A DNA stretch of 64,000 nt, taken from contig JANPMG010000009.1 in the NCBI GenBank assembly GCA_031422675.1, positions 6,750 to 70,749 on the forward strand, in the 5' to 3' direction. This document shows, piece by piece, positions 37,211 through 46,541 of the stretch. The translations under genes and the position numbers were made by a program. The notes under the pieces were generated by a model. It was not told where the DNA came from. It was given only the letters and a program-made list of their open reading frames with translations, and searched no databases. Position 1 is the first letter of the stretch. The number at the start of each line of letters is the position of its first letter. The DNA comes from Acidimicrobiia bacterium (GTDB lineage: Bacteria; Actinomycetota; Acidimicrobiia; IMCC26256; JAENVU01).

Positions 37211-38818
37211 ATGACCTTGGCCGCGTCGGTCTCCGCCGACATCGCACTCGAAGCCGCGCGGCGCCGCACGTTTGCGATCATCAGCCACCCGGACGCGGGC
37301 AAGACGACCCTCACCGAGAAGTTCCTGCTCTACGCCGGCGCGGTGGCCGAGGCCGGCGCAGTCAAGGCCCGCGCCGGGCGCCGACGCGCCACCTCGGACT
37401 GGATGGCAATGGAACAGCAGCGGGGCATCTCGATCACCTCGACTGCCCTCCAGTTCTCCTACCGGGACTGCGTCGTCAACCTGCTCGATACCCCGGGTCA
37501 CCGCGACTTTTCGGAGGACACCTACCGAGTGCTCGCCGCCGCGGACGCCGCGGTGATGGTCCTGGACGCGGCGAAGGGCATCGAGGCGCAAACACTCAAG
37601 TTGTTCGAGGTGTGCCGAGCGCGCCAGTTGCCGGTGCTCACGTTCATCAACAAGTACGACCGCCCCGGGCGGGACGCGCTCGAGCTGCTCGACGAACTCG
37701 AAAAGCAACTGGACCTCCGACCCACGCCGGTCACGTGGCCGGTGGGCATCGCCGGTGATTTTCGCGGCGTCATCGACCGCCGCACCGGCGACTTCGTGAA
37801 GTTCACGCGCACCGCACGCGGCGCGACCGCCGCCGAGGAGCACCGCCTCGACGCGAACCAGGCCGCCGAGGAGGAAGGCGCGGCGTGGTCACATGCCATC
37901 GAGGAGTGCGAACTCTTGGATGCCGTCGGCGGGACCGTCGACGTGGATTCGTTCCTCGCCGCCGAGACGAGCCCGCTGTTCGTCGGTTCCGCGCTCACGA
38001 ACTTCGGCGTCCGTCACCTGCTCGATGCGATCGTGGATCTCGCGCCTGCGCCGACCGCACGCGCGGCGAGCGGCGGTCTCACGCGAGCGGTGGATGCTCC
38101 GTTCTCGGGATTCGTGTTCAAGATCCAGGCGAACATGGACCCCGCGCACCGCGATCATGTGGCCTTCGTGCGAGTGTGTTCGGGACACTTCGAGCGCGGG
38201 ATGACCGTCACCGTGGCCGGCACCGGGAAGGCGTTCTCCACCAAGTACGCCGCATCGATGTTCGGCTCTGACCGTGACACCATCGACGACGCGTACCCCG
38301 GCGACGTCATCGGGCTGGTCAACGCCAGTGATCTGCGCATCGGTTCGAGTCTGTACGAGTCGGAGCCGGTGGCGTTCCCGCCCATCGCCACCTTGGCCCC
38401 CGAGTTGTTCGCTCGCGTTCGGGCCCGCGACACCGGGCGCTACAAGCAGTTCCATCGCGGCCTCGACCAGATGGAACAAGAAGGCGTGGTTCACGTCCTG
38501 CGCGATCCGCACGGCGATCCCACGCCGGTCCTGGCCGCCGTCGGCCAAATGCAGTTCGAGGTGTTCGCCCACCGGCTCGAGCACGAGTTTGGCGCGGCGG
38601 TCGAACTCTCACCGACGCCGCACACCGTCGCGCGGCGGACCGATGCGGAAACCGCCGCACAGTTTCCGCACATCGGCGGTCTGCTCGTCCTGGTCCAGCG
38701 CGACGGCACGCTCCTCGCGTTGTTCGAGAGTCTCTGGTTGCTCCAACGTCTCGAAGGGCAACACCCGGATTGGGTCCTCGATCCGATCCTGATCGACGCC
38801 GCCGAACCTCCCCAGTAG
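37211..38818 (+). CDS. prfC: peptide chain release factor 3
   Basis: RRRTFAIISHPDAGKTTLTEK, SDWM, DTPGH.DFSEDTYR, FKIQANMDP.HRD. Confidence 0.95.
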   Translation: MTLAASVSADIALEAARRRTFAIISHPDAGKTTLTEKFLLYAGAVAEAGAVKARAGRRRATSDWMAMEQQRGISITSTALQFSYRDCVVNLLDTPGHRDFSEDTYRVLAAADAAVMVLDAAKGIEAQTLKLFEVCRARQLPVLTFINKYDRPGRDALELLDELEKQLDLRPTPVTWPVGIAGDFRGVIDRRTGDFVKFTRTARGATAAEEHRLDANQAAEEEGAAWSHAIEECELLDAVGGTVDVDSFLAAETSPLFVGSALTNFGVRHLLDAIVDLAPAPTARAASGGLTRAVDAPFSGFVFKIQANMDPAHRDHVAFVRVCSGHFERGMTVTVAGTGKAFSTKYAASMFGSDRDTIDDAYPGDVIGLVNASDLRIGSSLYESEPVAFPPIATLAPELFARVRARDTGRYKQFHRGLDQMEQEGVVHVLRDPHGDPTPVLAAVGQMQFEVFAHRLEHEFGAAVELSPTPHTVARRTDAETAAQFPHIGGLLVLVQRDGTLLALFESLWLLQRLEGQHPDWVLDPILIDAAEPPQ

Positions 38819-38911
38819 CCCAGAGGGCGAGCGGACAGACAGTCAACCTCTGCAGACTTCCGCTCGCCCGTGGCCCGAGCGGCCCGTGAACGAAGTGAAC
38901 AGGAGCGGGAG

Positions 38912-39637
38912 TCAAGTCCGCGCCACGTAGACGGTGCTCGAAGACTCCTCGCCGGTGTAGAAGTTCGGAAACGTCACCGTGTGCGCCGTGCACCTCGCGA
39001 AGACTTCGTTGATCGCGGCCAAGAATCCGGCGTCGGCGCCACCATCGGACCAGAGACCGAAGACACCGCCCGGGAGTATCCGATCGGCAAGCTGCGCCAG
39101 ACCGGCTGCGGTGTAGAAGGACGCGTGACTCGGGTGGAGCAGATGGGTCGGCGAGTGATCGATGTCCACCAGCACCGCATGCACCCGATCGCCGACCCCT
39201 GATCCGAATCCTGCCCCCGCGGCGAGCAGTGCGAAGAAGTCGCCGTGGAGCAGGTGGCAGCGCGGATCGGATGTCAGCGCGGCGGCAAGCGGCAGCAAAC
39301 CCTGCTCGTGCCACTCGATCACCTCGCCCAACGCGTCGATCACGTGCAGGGAGCGCACGGTGCTGTTCTCCAGCACCGCTTGCGCGGTATAGCCGAGCCC
39401 GAGGCCGCCCACCACCACGTCCAGTTCCGGCCCCGACTTGTCCGGATCGGGGAGGTCGGCCAGCCCGAGCGTCGCCAACGCGATCTCGGCCACGGTGAAC
39501 AGGCTCGACATGAGGAACTCGTCACCGAGCTTCACCTCGTACACGTCGATCTGGAGGGTGGGTTCCAGACGCCGGCGCACCGTCAGCTCCCCCATCGGCG
39601 TTTGCCGGCGATCGATCTCCTCGAAGCTCGCGCTCAT
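38912..39637 (-). CDS. spermidine-synthase-like SAM-dependent transferase
   Basis: FLMSS, GGLGLGYT, DIDHSP, PGGVFGLWS. Confidence 0.8.
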   Translation of the reverse strand: MSASFEEIDRRQTPMGELTVRRRLEPTLQIDVYEVKLGDEFLMSSLFTVAEIALATLGLADLPDPDKSGPELDVVVGGLGLGYTAQAVLENSTVRSLHVIDALGEVIEWHEQGLLPLAAALTSDPRCHLLHGDFFALLAAGAGFGSGVGDRVHAVLVDIDHSPTHLLHPSHASFYTAAGLAQLADRILPGGVFGLWSDGGADAGFLAAINEVFARCTAHTVTFPNFYTGEESSSTVYVART

Positions 39638-39644
39638 CGCTCGC

Positions 39645-41573
39645 TCAGCGAATTTCGAAGTCTGCGAAATCGGGGGTCTTGGTCCAGGTCCAGTAGTCGA
39701 CGAGTCGCCACGGACTGAGTCCATGGATCTCGCCGTACGCGTTCTTGAAGAACGAGTGCTTGATCGACGGTTGTGACCACACGAGGGTCTTGATTTCGGC
39801 CTGAGTCCGCGTGTGCCAGTCCTCGTACTTCGCGCGCGTCGGTTCCATCGAGCGATGCCCACCGGCGATCAGCTTCTCGATGCATTGGGTGATGTAGCGC
39901 ATCTGACATTCGGAATGGAAGATCAGACTGCCGCCGTGCGCCAGGTTCGTTCCCGGGCCGTACATACAGAAGAGGTTCGGGAACTCGGGCACCGTGATGC
40001 CGAGGTATGCGGCGGGCCGCTCACCCCATTTCGTGCGCAGGTCCAAACCGTTGCGTCCGGTGATCTCCATCGGCCACAGCACTCGAGTGGCGTGGAACCC
40101 GGTGGCGTAGACGAGGACATCGGCCGGATGGCGAACGCCGTCGGCAGTGACCACGGCATCCGACTCGATGTGGTCGATGCCCGTGCGCACCAACTCGACG
40201 TTGTCCCGGGTGAGCGTCTGCAACCAGCTCCCATTGTCCTGCAACGTGCGCTTGCCCGTCGCCGGATAGTCCGGCACCACCTTGGCGATGAGTTCGGGAT
40301 CATCACCGATCTGACTGACGATCCAATCGGTGAACATCTGACGAGTGAGGTCGTTCATCTCGCTGACCGCGGTCTGCTGGTCCGGGTAGTCCGGGTCCAC
40401 GCGCGCGGCTTCCAGGCCCTTGTCACAGCCGGGCCAGAAGATGAGGAAGCGGTACCACCGCCCGTAGAACGGCAGGTGCCGGAGCGCCCACTGCACGCCG
40501 GGCCCGACCGCCTCGTGGTAGTTCGGGTTCGGGAACATCCACTGCGCGGTGCGTTGGAACACGGTGAGGTGTTCGACGGTGGGCGCGATCGTCGGCGCGA
40601 TCTGGAATCCGCTCGCACCGGCGCCGATCATCGCCACGCGCGCGCCGGCCAGGTCCACCGAGTGGTCCCAGCACGCGGAGTGGAAGGCCGGACCGACGAA
40701 CGAATCCTGACCGTCGATCGCGGGGACGTGGGGGCGGTTGAGCTGACCGACGGCCGAGATCAGCGCCCGGGCGCCGAGGGTTTCTTCCGTCCCGTCGGCG
40801 CCGCGCACTCGGACCGACCACGTGGCGGAATCGTCGTCCCAGGAAGCACCGACCACCTCGGTATTCCACCGCACGTGGGGCTCGATCGCGTGCTTCGTCA
40901 TCACGCCCTCGAAGTAGCGCTGGAGCTCGGGCTGCTGCGCGAAGAACTCGGTCCACTGGTCGCTCGGCTCGAAGCTGTAGCAGTAGAAGTGGTTCCCCAC
41001 ATCCACGCGCGCACCGGGATAGGAGTTCTCCCACCAGGTGCCCCCGACCCCCGCGTTCTTCTCGACGATGGTGAAGGGAATGCCGGCTTCCTTCAGCCGA
41101 ATGCCGGCCAGCAGTCCCGACTGACCACATCCGACGACGACCACCGGAAACGCGTCGCGTGCTGCGGCGTCCGACGTTGCGGGGATCCGGCGCGCGTCGG
41201 CACCGTCGAGTTCCATTTCTTCGAGCATCATCGGCACGTACTCGGCGGGGACGGGTTCACAGACGAGCCACGCCATCATCTCGTGCAGGAGTTCGGCGGA
41301 GATCGGTTCCGGCTCCGGGCAGCCGCGATCGCGGTAGTCGCGGATCACCTTGGCTGCGAGCGCGCGCACCTCGGCCTTGGCCTCCTCGCTCATGTACCCC
41401 TGGACCTCGTTGAGAAAGAGCCCCTCGGGTTTCAGCCGGCCGCGAATGATCTCGGGGTCACCGGCCATGTGCACCATCGACAGCATCAAGGTGGGGATGC
41501 TGACGTCGATCAGGACCGCCGCAATCTCCGCGTCCGAGGTCTCGAACGACTCACCGGCATGTGGATTACGCAT
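39645..41573 (-). CDS. Baeyer-Villiger monooxygenase, 4-hydroxyacetophenone monooxygenase-like
   Basis: GCGQSG, GGTWWENSYPG, FVGPAFHSACWD fingerprint, GAGAS, ATGF; long N-terminal extension. Confidence 0.9.
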   Translation of the reverse strand: MRNPHAGESFETSDAEIAAVLIDVSIPTLMLSMVHMAGDPEIIRGRLKPEGLFLNEVQGYMSEEAKAEVRALAAKVIRDYRDRGCPEPEPISAELLHEMMAWLVCEPVPAEYVPMMLEEMELDGADARRIPATSDAAARDAFPVVVVGCGQSGLLAGIRLKEAGIPFTIVEKNAGVGGTWWENSYPGARVDVGNHFYCYSFEPSDQWTEFFAQQPELQRYFEGVMTKHAIEPHVRWNTEVVGASWDDDSATWSVRVRGADGTEETLGARALISAVGQLNRPHVPAIDGQDSFVGPAFHSACWDHSVDLAGARVAMIGAGASGFQIAPTIAPTVEHLTVFQRTAQWMFPNPNYHEAVGPGVQWALRHLPFYGRWYRFLIFWPGCDKGLEAARVDPDYPDQQTAVSEMNDLTRQMFTDWIVSQIGDDPELIAKVVPDYPATGKRTLQDNGSWLQTLTRDNVELVRTGIDHIESDAVVTADGVRHPADVLVYATGFHATRVLWPMEITGRNGLDLRTKWGERPAAYLGITVPEFPNLFCMYGPGTNLAHGGSLIFHSECQMRYITQCIEKLIAGGHRSMEPTRAKYEDWHTRTQAEIKTLVWSQPSIKHSFFKNAYGEIHGLSPWRLVDYWTWTKTPDFADFEIR

Positions 41574-42347
41574 TCAGATTGCGAAGCAGTTCAAGCTGAT
41601 CGCCCGATGCGCGAGGGCGTCCTGGATACCGCTGTAGACGGTGCCGTCGAGCGGGATGCTCACATGGTCCACGTACCGCAACCAGCACGGCGACTGCACC
41701 GTGACGTTCTTGTTGTTGCCGTCGTTGGCCAAGAAGCTGTTCGTGTACGGCACGATCACGGTGTCCAGCGTCGTCGCGAAGTTGGTGTAGAAGACGTTGC
41801 CGATGGTGTCGTCGCCCGCGTTGAGTTCCGCGAGGAACGACGAACCGATCGACATCTGCTGACACGAGATCACACCGATGCAGTTGCCGAGACCCAGGAG
41901 CTTCGCCAGGTTCGCGACCGCGGTGCCGTAGTTGACCGCGGCCAGGTTGACGAGACTGTCAACTTCGCTCGCGCCGCCGAGGTACTTGATGTAGTAGCGC
42001 GACACCATGCCGCCTTGGGAATGTCCGATCAGGTCGACCTTCGCCGACCCGGTCTGCGCCCGCACTCCGTCCACGAAGGTGTTCAGCGCGGCCGCGGCAT
42101 CGCGTGCGTCACCGAGTCCGGAGTTCGGGAGGCCGAAGATGAACGCCGGGTGTCCGTCGGCACGCAGCCGGGCCGCGAGCGGCGCGTAGTACACGCTCGC
42201 AAGACCCTGGCCAGCGAAGGTGCCGGCCACGATCACCACCGGATCGTTCGTGACCGCGCCCGCCGGTGCCGCCGTTCCCGACGTCACGCCCGCGAGGGCG
42301 CCCACTGCAACCACGACCGACGCGAGTACTCGCTTGAAACTGACCAC
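41574..42347 (-). CDS. secreted lipase/esterase (class 2-like)
   Basis: Signal peptide ending AGA; GHSQG; D and H of the catalytic triad. Confidence 0.85.
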   Translation of the reverse strand: MVSFKRVLASVVVAVGALAGVTSGTAAPAGAVTNDPVVIVAGTFAGQGLASVYYAPLAARLRADGHPAFIFGLPNSGLGDARDAAAALNTFVDGVRAQTGSAKVDLIGHSQGGMVSRYYIKYLGGASEVDSLVNLAAVNYGTAVANLAKLLGLGNCIGVISCQQMSIGSSFLAELNAGDDTIGNVFYTNFATTLDTVIVPYTNSFLANDGNNKNVTVQSPCWLRYVDHVSIPLDGTVYSGIQDALAHRAISLNCFAI

Positions 42348-42431
42348 TGGATCCCCCCGAATGCAGTAGGGCGCGACGTGCGCCGGTGTGGTGCGCGGAT
42401 CGTAACGCAGCGCCCCGCCCCACCTTCACCC

Positions 42432-42485
42432 CCGCAGCTCGCACCAAATACGCAAGCCATGGCTTGCAAAACACGCGTTGGTTCG
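42432..42485. repeat. REP-like element, family B, copy 3
   Basis: CTCGCACCAAATAC-GCAAGCCATGGCTTGC-AAAACACGCGTTGGTT. Confidence 0.8.
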
Positions 42486-42586
42486 CCGCGTCCAGGGCGG
42501 CCGCTGATCCCGCGAGTGGGCCGACGATGACGCGACGGTGGCACGGGGATCACGATTCCTTCATGATCGTGATTCACGCTCGAGTC

Positions 42587-43558
42587 ATGACGAATCCACG
42601 AACCCCTGAATCCGGATCGACTTCCTGGCGGCGAGGCGCGATCGCGTCGATCGCGTTGATCGCAGCCGCCGCGCTGGCCGTCGGTGTCATCGCGCCGGCC
42701 GCCGACGCGGGCGCCACCGCTGCTCGACGCAACCGCTGTTCCGCCCCGGCCCAGAAGCACACCGGCGCGTACCGGTCGATTCCCGGTGTGGCGGCCAACG
42801 CCACCAGCCTCGACGTGTACCGGCCGGCCCGAACCTGTGGTGCGCCGGTCGTGATGTGGGTGCACGGAGGCGGGTATCACACCGGCGACAAGCGAAACCA
42901 GGTCGCAGACAAGGTCCGGCTCTTCAACAGCCGAGGCTGGGTGTTCGTGAGTGTGAACTACCGGTTGACTGTCGCCGGCGATCCGACGTCGGCTCACTAT
43001 CCCGACCACTACGAGGATGTGGCGGCCGCGGTCGCATGGGTGCAGGAACACATCAAGCAGTTCGGCGGTGACGGATCGCGGATTGCGTTGCTCGGCCACT
43101 CGGCCGGTGCGGACATCGTCTCGAACGTCACGACGAATCCGCAGTACCTGGGCGATCGCGGACTCGCCCTCGACGCCGTGGACTGCGCGGGACCGCTCGA
43201 CACCGAAGGGGTCGACAAGGTCACGGCCAACGCGGCCGGGGGTGGCGAGAAAGCCCTGTGGCAGGAAGCGCTCGGCAACGCTCCGGACTACGAGCGGACG
43301 ACCTCGGCCATCACCTGGATCCGGCCACACTCGGGGATCCCACCCACCATCGGAGTGGTGCGCGGCGCCCCGGTCCGTCGGGCGATCCAGACCGATTTCC
43401 TCCGGCGCCTGACTGCGGCCGGGATTCCGGCGACCCAGATCGATGCCACCGGTCTTTCCCACGGCGAGGTCAACACGAGGATCGGCGCACCCGGCGACAC
43501 GGTCATGACCCCGCCGCTCGCCAAGTTCCTCGAAACCTGCTTCCGATCGCCACGCTGA
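42587..43558 (+). CDS. secreted alpha/beta hydrolase (HSL-like esterase)
   Basis: HGGG, VNYRL, GHSAG; N-terminal signal peptide. Confidence 0.85.
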   Translation: MTNPRTPESGSTSWRRGAIASIALIAAAALAVGVIAPAADAGATAARRNRCSAPAQKHTGAYRSIPGVAANATSLDVYRPARTCGAPVVMWVHGGGYHTGDKRNQVADKVRLFNSRGWVFVSVNYRLTVAGDPTSAHYPDHYEDVAAAVAWVQEHIKQFGGDGSRIALLGHSAGADIVSNVTTNPQYLGDRGLALDAVDCAGPLDTEGVDKVTANAAGGGEKALWQEALGNAPDYERTTSAITWIRPHSGIPPTIGVVRGAPVRRAIQTDFLRRLTAAGIPATQIDATGLSHGEVNTRIGAPGDTVMTPPLAKFLETCFRSPR

Positions 43559-43598
43559 TCCCGGCCGCAGTATCGGTGGGATCAGAAATCGAACCCGA

Positions 43599-43633
43599 CT
43601 CGGATCCGGCGCAGGCATCGCACCGGATCCGAG
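43599..43633. terminator. intergenic hairpin (possible terminator)
   Basis: Perfect 11-bp stem CTCGGATCCGG/CCGGATCCGAG downstream of the esterase; no U-tract. Confidence 0.4.
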
Positions 43634-43719
43634 CCGGCGAAACCGCACGTTTTGACAGCGCCCCGCCGACCTACGCTCCGCTCCCCCGATCCGGAACGCC
43701 CGAACCAGGAGCTCCCGTC

Positions 43720-44853
43720 ATGCGTACTCCCCTCTGCGACGACCTCGGCATCGAGTTCCCGATCTTCGCGTTCACCCACTGCCGGGACGTGGTCGTCGCG
43801 GTGTCGAAGGCGGGTGGGTTCGGGGTTCTCGGCGCGGTGGGGTTCAGTCCCGAACAACTCGAGATCGAGCTGCAATGGATCGACGAGCACATCGGCGATC
43901 GCCCCTACGGCGTCGACATCGTGATCCCGAACAAGTACGAAGGAATGGACGCGAACATGTCGGGCGACGAGCTCGCGCAGATGTTGCGCGACATGGTTCC
44001 GCAGGAGAACCTCGACTTCGCCCGCAAGCTCCTTGCGGACCACGGCGTGCCGCTGCAGGACGAGAGCGAAGACAACACCATGCAGCTTCTCGGTTGGACC
44101 GAGGCCACCGCGACTCCGCAGGTCCAGGTCGCGCTCGAGCACCCGAAGATGACGCTGATCGCGAACGCCCTCGGTACTCCACCGGCCGAGGTGATGGACC
44201 TCATCCACAACGCCGGTCGCAAGGTCGCCGCGCTCTGCGGCTCGCCGTACCAGGCGCGTAAACACGCCGACGCGGGCGTCGACATCATCATCGCCCAAGG
44301 AGGCGAGGGCGGCGGCCACTGCGGCGAAGTCGGCTCCATCGTCCTGTGGCCCCAGGTCGTCAAGGAGGTCGCCCCGGTGCCCGTACTCGCGGCGGGCGGG
44401 ATCGGCAGCGGTGCGCAGATCGCCGCGGCGCTCGCGCTCGGCTGCCAGGGGGCCTGGTCGGGCTCCCAGTGGCTGATGGTCGAGGAGTCCGAGAACACCC
44501 CCGTCCAGCAGGCCGCTTACATCGGCGCGGGCTCGCGTGACACGGTGCGGAGTCGCTCGTTCACCGGCAAGCCGTGCCGCATGCTGCGCAACGACTGGAC
44601 CGACGCGTGGGAGACGCCCGGCAACCCCGAGCCGCTCGGCATGCCGCTCCAGTACATGGTGTCGGGCATCGCCGTCGCCGCGACGCACCGGTATCCGGAT
44701 CAGACCGTCGACGTTGCGTTCAACCCGGTCGGTCAGGTGGTGGGTCAGTTCGAGAAGGTGGAGAAGACGGCCGCGGTCGTCGAACGGTGGGTCAACGAAT
44801 ACCTCGAGGCCACGGAGCATCTCACCGACCTGAACGCGGCCGCCGGCGCCTGA
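43720..44853 (+). CDS. nitronate monooxygenase/FabK-like flavoprotein
   Basis: PIFAF, QGGEGGGH, AAGGIG, SFTGKP; AGGAG RBS. Confidence 0.88.
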   Translation: MRTPLCDDLGIEFPIFAFTHCRDVVVAVSKAGGFGVLGAVGFSPEQLEIELQWIDEHIGDRPYGVDIVIPNKYEGMDANMSGDELAQMLRDMVPQENLDFARKLLADHGVPLQDESEDNTMQLLGWTEATATPQVQVALEHPKMTLIANALGTPPAEVMDLIHNAGRKVAALCGSPYQARKHADAGVDIIIAQGGEGGGHCGEVGSIVLWPQVVKEVAPVPVLAAGGIGSGAQIAAALALGCQGAWSGSQWLMVEESENTPVQQAAYIGAGSRDTVRSRSFTGKPCRMLRNDWTDAWETPGNPEPLGMPLQYMVSGIAVAATHRYPDQTVDVAFNPVGQVVGQFEKVEKTAAVVERWVNEYLEATEHLTDLNAAAGA

Positions 44854-44888
44854 GCACGAGCCGCATCAGCCGCTGACGCGTCGGTCCG

Positions 44889-45941
44889 TCAGGGCAACGC
44901 GGCGGCGAGATCGCAGAGCGGCATGACGTTCCCCGCGTCGCCGATCATGTCGGCGTTGTAGCCGTTCTTGAAGAACGCGAACGACGTGCCCGTTTCCGGG
45001 TCGGCCCACGCCACCTGGAGGTATGCGCCGCCGTGCCCGAACGATCCGGGTGAGCATTCCTTGCCGAACATCGCGTACCGGAACTGATGCAACCCGTCGT
45101 CACCCGCGAGCACCAGCCCGAGCGAACGATTCACCGGGACGCCCATGAGCGGATCGTCGAACGTGGCGCGCACGCGCGTGCGAGCGTTATCGAGGACGTC
45201 GGCGTTCCAAAGGCCGTTCGGATCGCGTAGCAACGCTTGATAGAACTGCGCCATCGTGGCCGCGGTCATGATCCCGCCCCCGCCCGGTACCCCGGCGGCG
45301 CGCTGCGCCGGATCGTTCGCCACATCGAGCAGATCGATCGACTCGTCGAGTGGCCGCGCGCCGATCCGAACGCCGTCCACCACGTCACCCTGCTCGTCTG
45401 CCGGGATTCCGAGCAGGCGCGGCAGTCCGAGCGGCGCGGTGAGGCGTTGCTCGATCGCATCCCGGAAATCGAGACCGGTGGTGCGCTCGATGATGTCGAT
45501 CAGTACCCAGTGCGCCGACGTTGCGTGGTACTCGAAGCGTGAACCGGGCTCCCACTCCAACTCCCACCGCCCGAACGCGGCGCGCCGACGCTCGGGATCG
45601 GCGCCGTCCACCGGACCGACGAGCGCATTCGGGAATCCCGACGTGTGGAGCATGACCTGTTCGACGGTGATGGCGTTCTTGCCGCTCGTCCCGAACTCAG
45701 GGACGAACTCGGCGACGCGCTGCTCCGGCCGTACGAGCCCGTCACCGATCAGCAACCACACCATCGACGCGACGATCGGCTTGGTCGCCGAGAACGCGCA
45801 GAAGCGGGACTCGTTCGTTGCGGTGCCGAAGGTCTCGAATGCCACCAGCTCGCCATCCCGTGCCACCGCGAGCTGGCAGGCCGGCGTGAGCTTGTCCTCC
45901 ACCAAACGCTGCGCGCGTCCGAGCAGCTCGTCCAGGCTCAT
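44889..45941 (-). CDS. serine hydrolase, beta-lactamase family
   Basis: FSATK (SxxK), LHTSG, FEYH, FGHGG. Confidence 0.88.
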   Translation of the reverse strand: MSLDELLGRAQRLVEDKLTPACQLAVARDGELVAFETFGTATNESRFCAFSATKPIVASMVWLLIGDGLVRPEQRVAEFVPEFGTSGKNAITVEQVMLHTSGFPNALVGPVDGADPERRRAAFGRWELEWEPGSRFEYHATSAHWVLIDIIERTTGLDFRDAIEQRLTAPLGLPRLLGIPADEQGDVVDGVRIGARPLDESIDLLDVANDPAQRAAGVPGGGGIMTAATMAQFYQALLRDPNGLWNADVLDNARTRVRATFDDPLMGVPVNRSLGLVLAGDDGLHQFRYAMFGKECSPGSFGHGGAYLQVAWADPETGTSFAFFKNGYNADMIGDAGNVMPLCDLAAALP

Positions 45942-46034
45942 GGAACGGAGCGTCGCGTACCGCTCCTCGCACCGTCAACCGCGGCCCGCCGGTATAGATG
46001 CACCGCGGCCGCCGGCGCGGGTACCGTCGGGCAC

Positions 46035-46514
46035 ATGACTCACATGTACGACCTCACGATGAAGTCGACCACCGGTGACGACGTCGACCTGTCCCAGTAC
46101 CGCGGCCGCGTCGTCCTCTTCGTCAACGTCGCCAGTTTCTGAGGGCTGACGCCCCAGTACGCAGGTCTGCGTACGTTGCATGAAGCACACGAAGCATCAG
46201 GTTTCAGTGTTCTCGCCTTCCCGTGCAATCAGTTCGGGGAGCAAGAACCCGGAACCGACGCGGAAATCCTCGAGTTCGCCACGTCCAAATACGACGTGAC
46301 CTTCCCGATCTTCAGCAAGATCGAGGTCAACGGCGACGGCGCCTGCGAGCTGTACCAGTGGTTGCGCTCTGCACAACCCGGAGACACCGACTCCGATGCC
46401 ATCACGTGGAACTTCGAGAAGTTCCTCGTGGACCGGGACGGCAACGTCGTTGCACGATTCGGTCCCGCGGTCACGCCCGAGGAGATCGAACCGCACGTCG
46501 CCGCGTTGCTGTAG
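46035..46514 (+). CDS. gpx: selenocysteine-containing glutathione peroxidase
   Basis: VNVASF-[TGA 46140-46142]-GLTPQY, then FPCNQF, QEPG, WNFEKFL in one frame; SECIS-like hairpin downstream. Confidence 0.9.
46157..46174 (+). promoter_or_regulatory. bacterial SECIS-like hairpin
   Basis: GTACGCAG-GT-CTGCGTAC perfect stem, 14 nt after the UGA. Confidence 0.8.
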
Positions 46515-46541
46515 CGCGCCACCGGCTTCGGTCGGCGCGCG

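Noticed and set aside
37211-38818. prfC near a UGA-recoded gene as a functional link
   Set aside because: RF3 is a housekeeping factor 7 kb away with unrelated genes between; no evidence of coupling.
39813-42530. 905-aa plus-strand ORF
   Set aside because: Antisense to the BVMO and lipase genes, which carry clear motifs.
46140-46142. gpx as a nonsense pseudogene
   Set aside because: The stop coincides with the catalytic residue, the rest of the gene is intact, and a SECIS-like hairpin follows.
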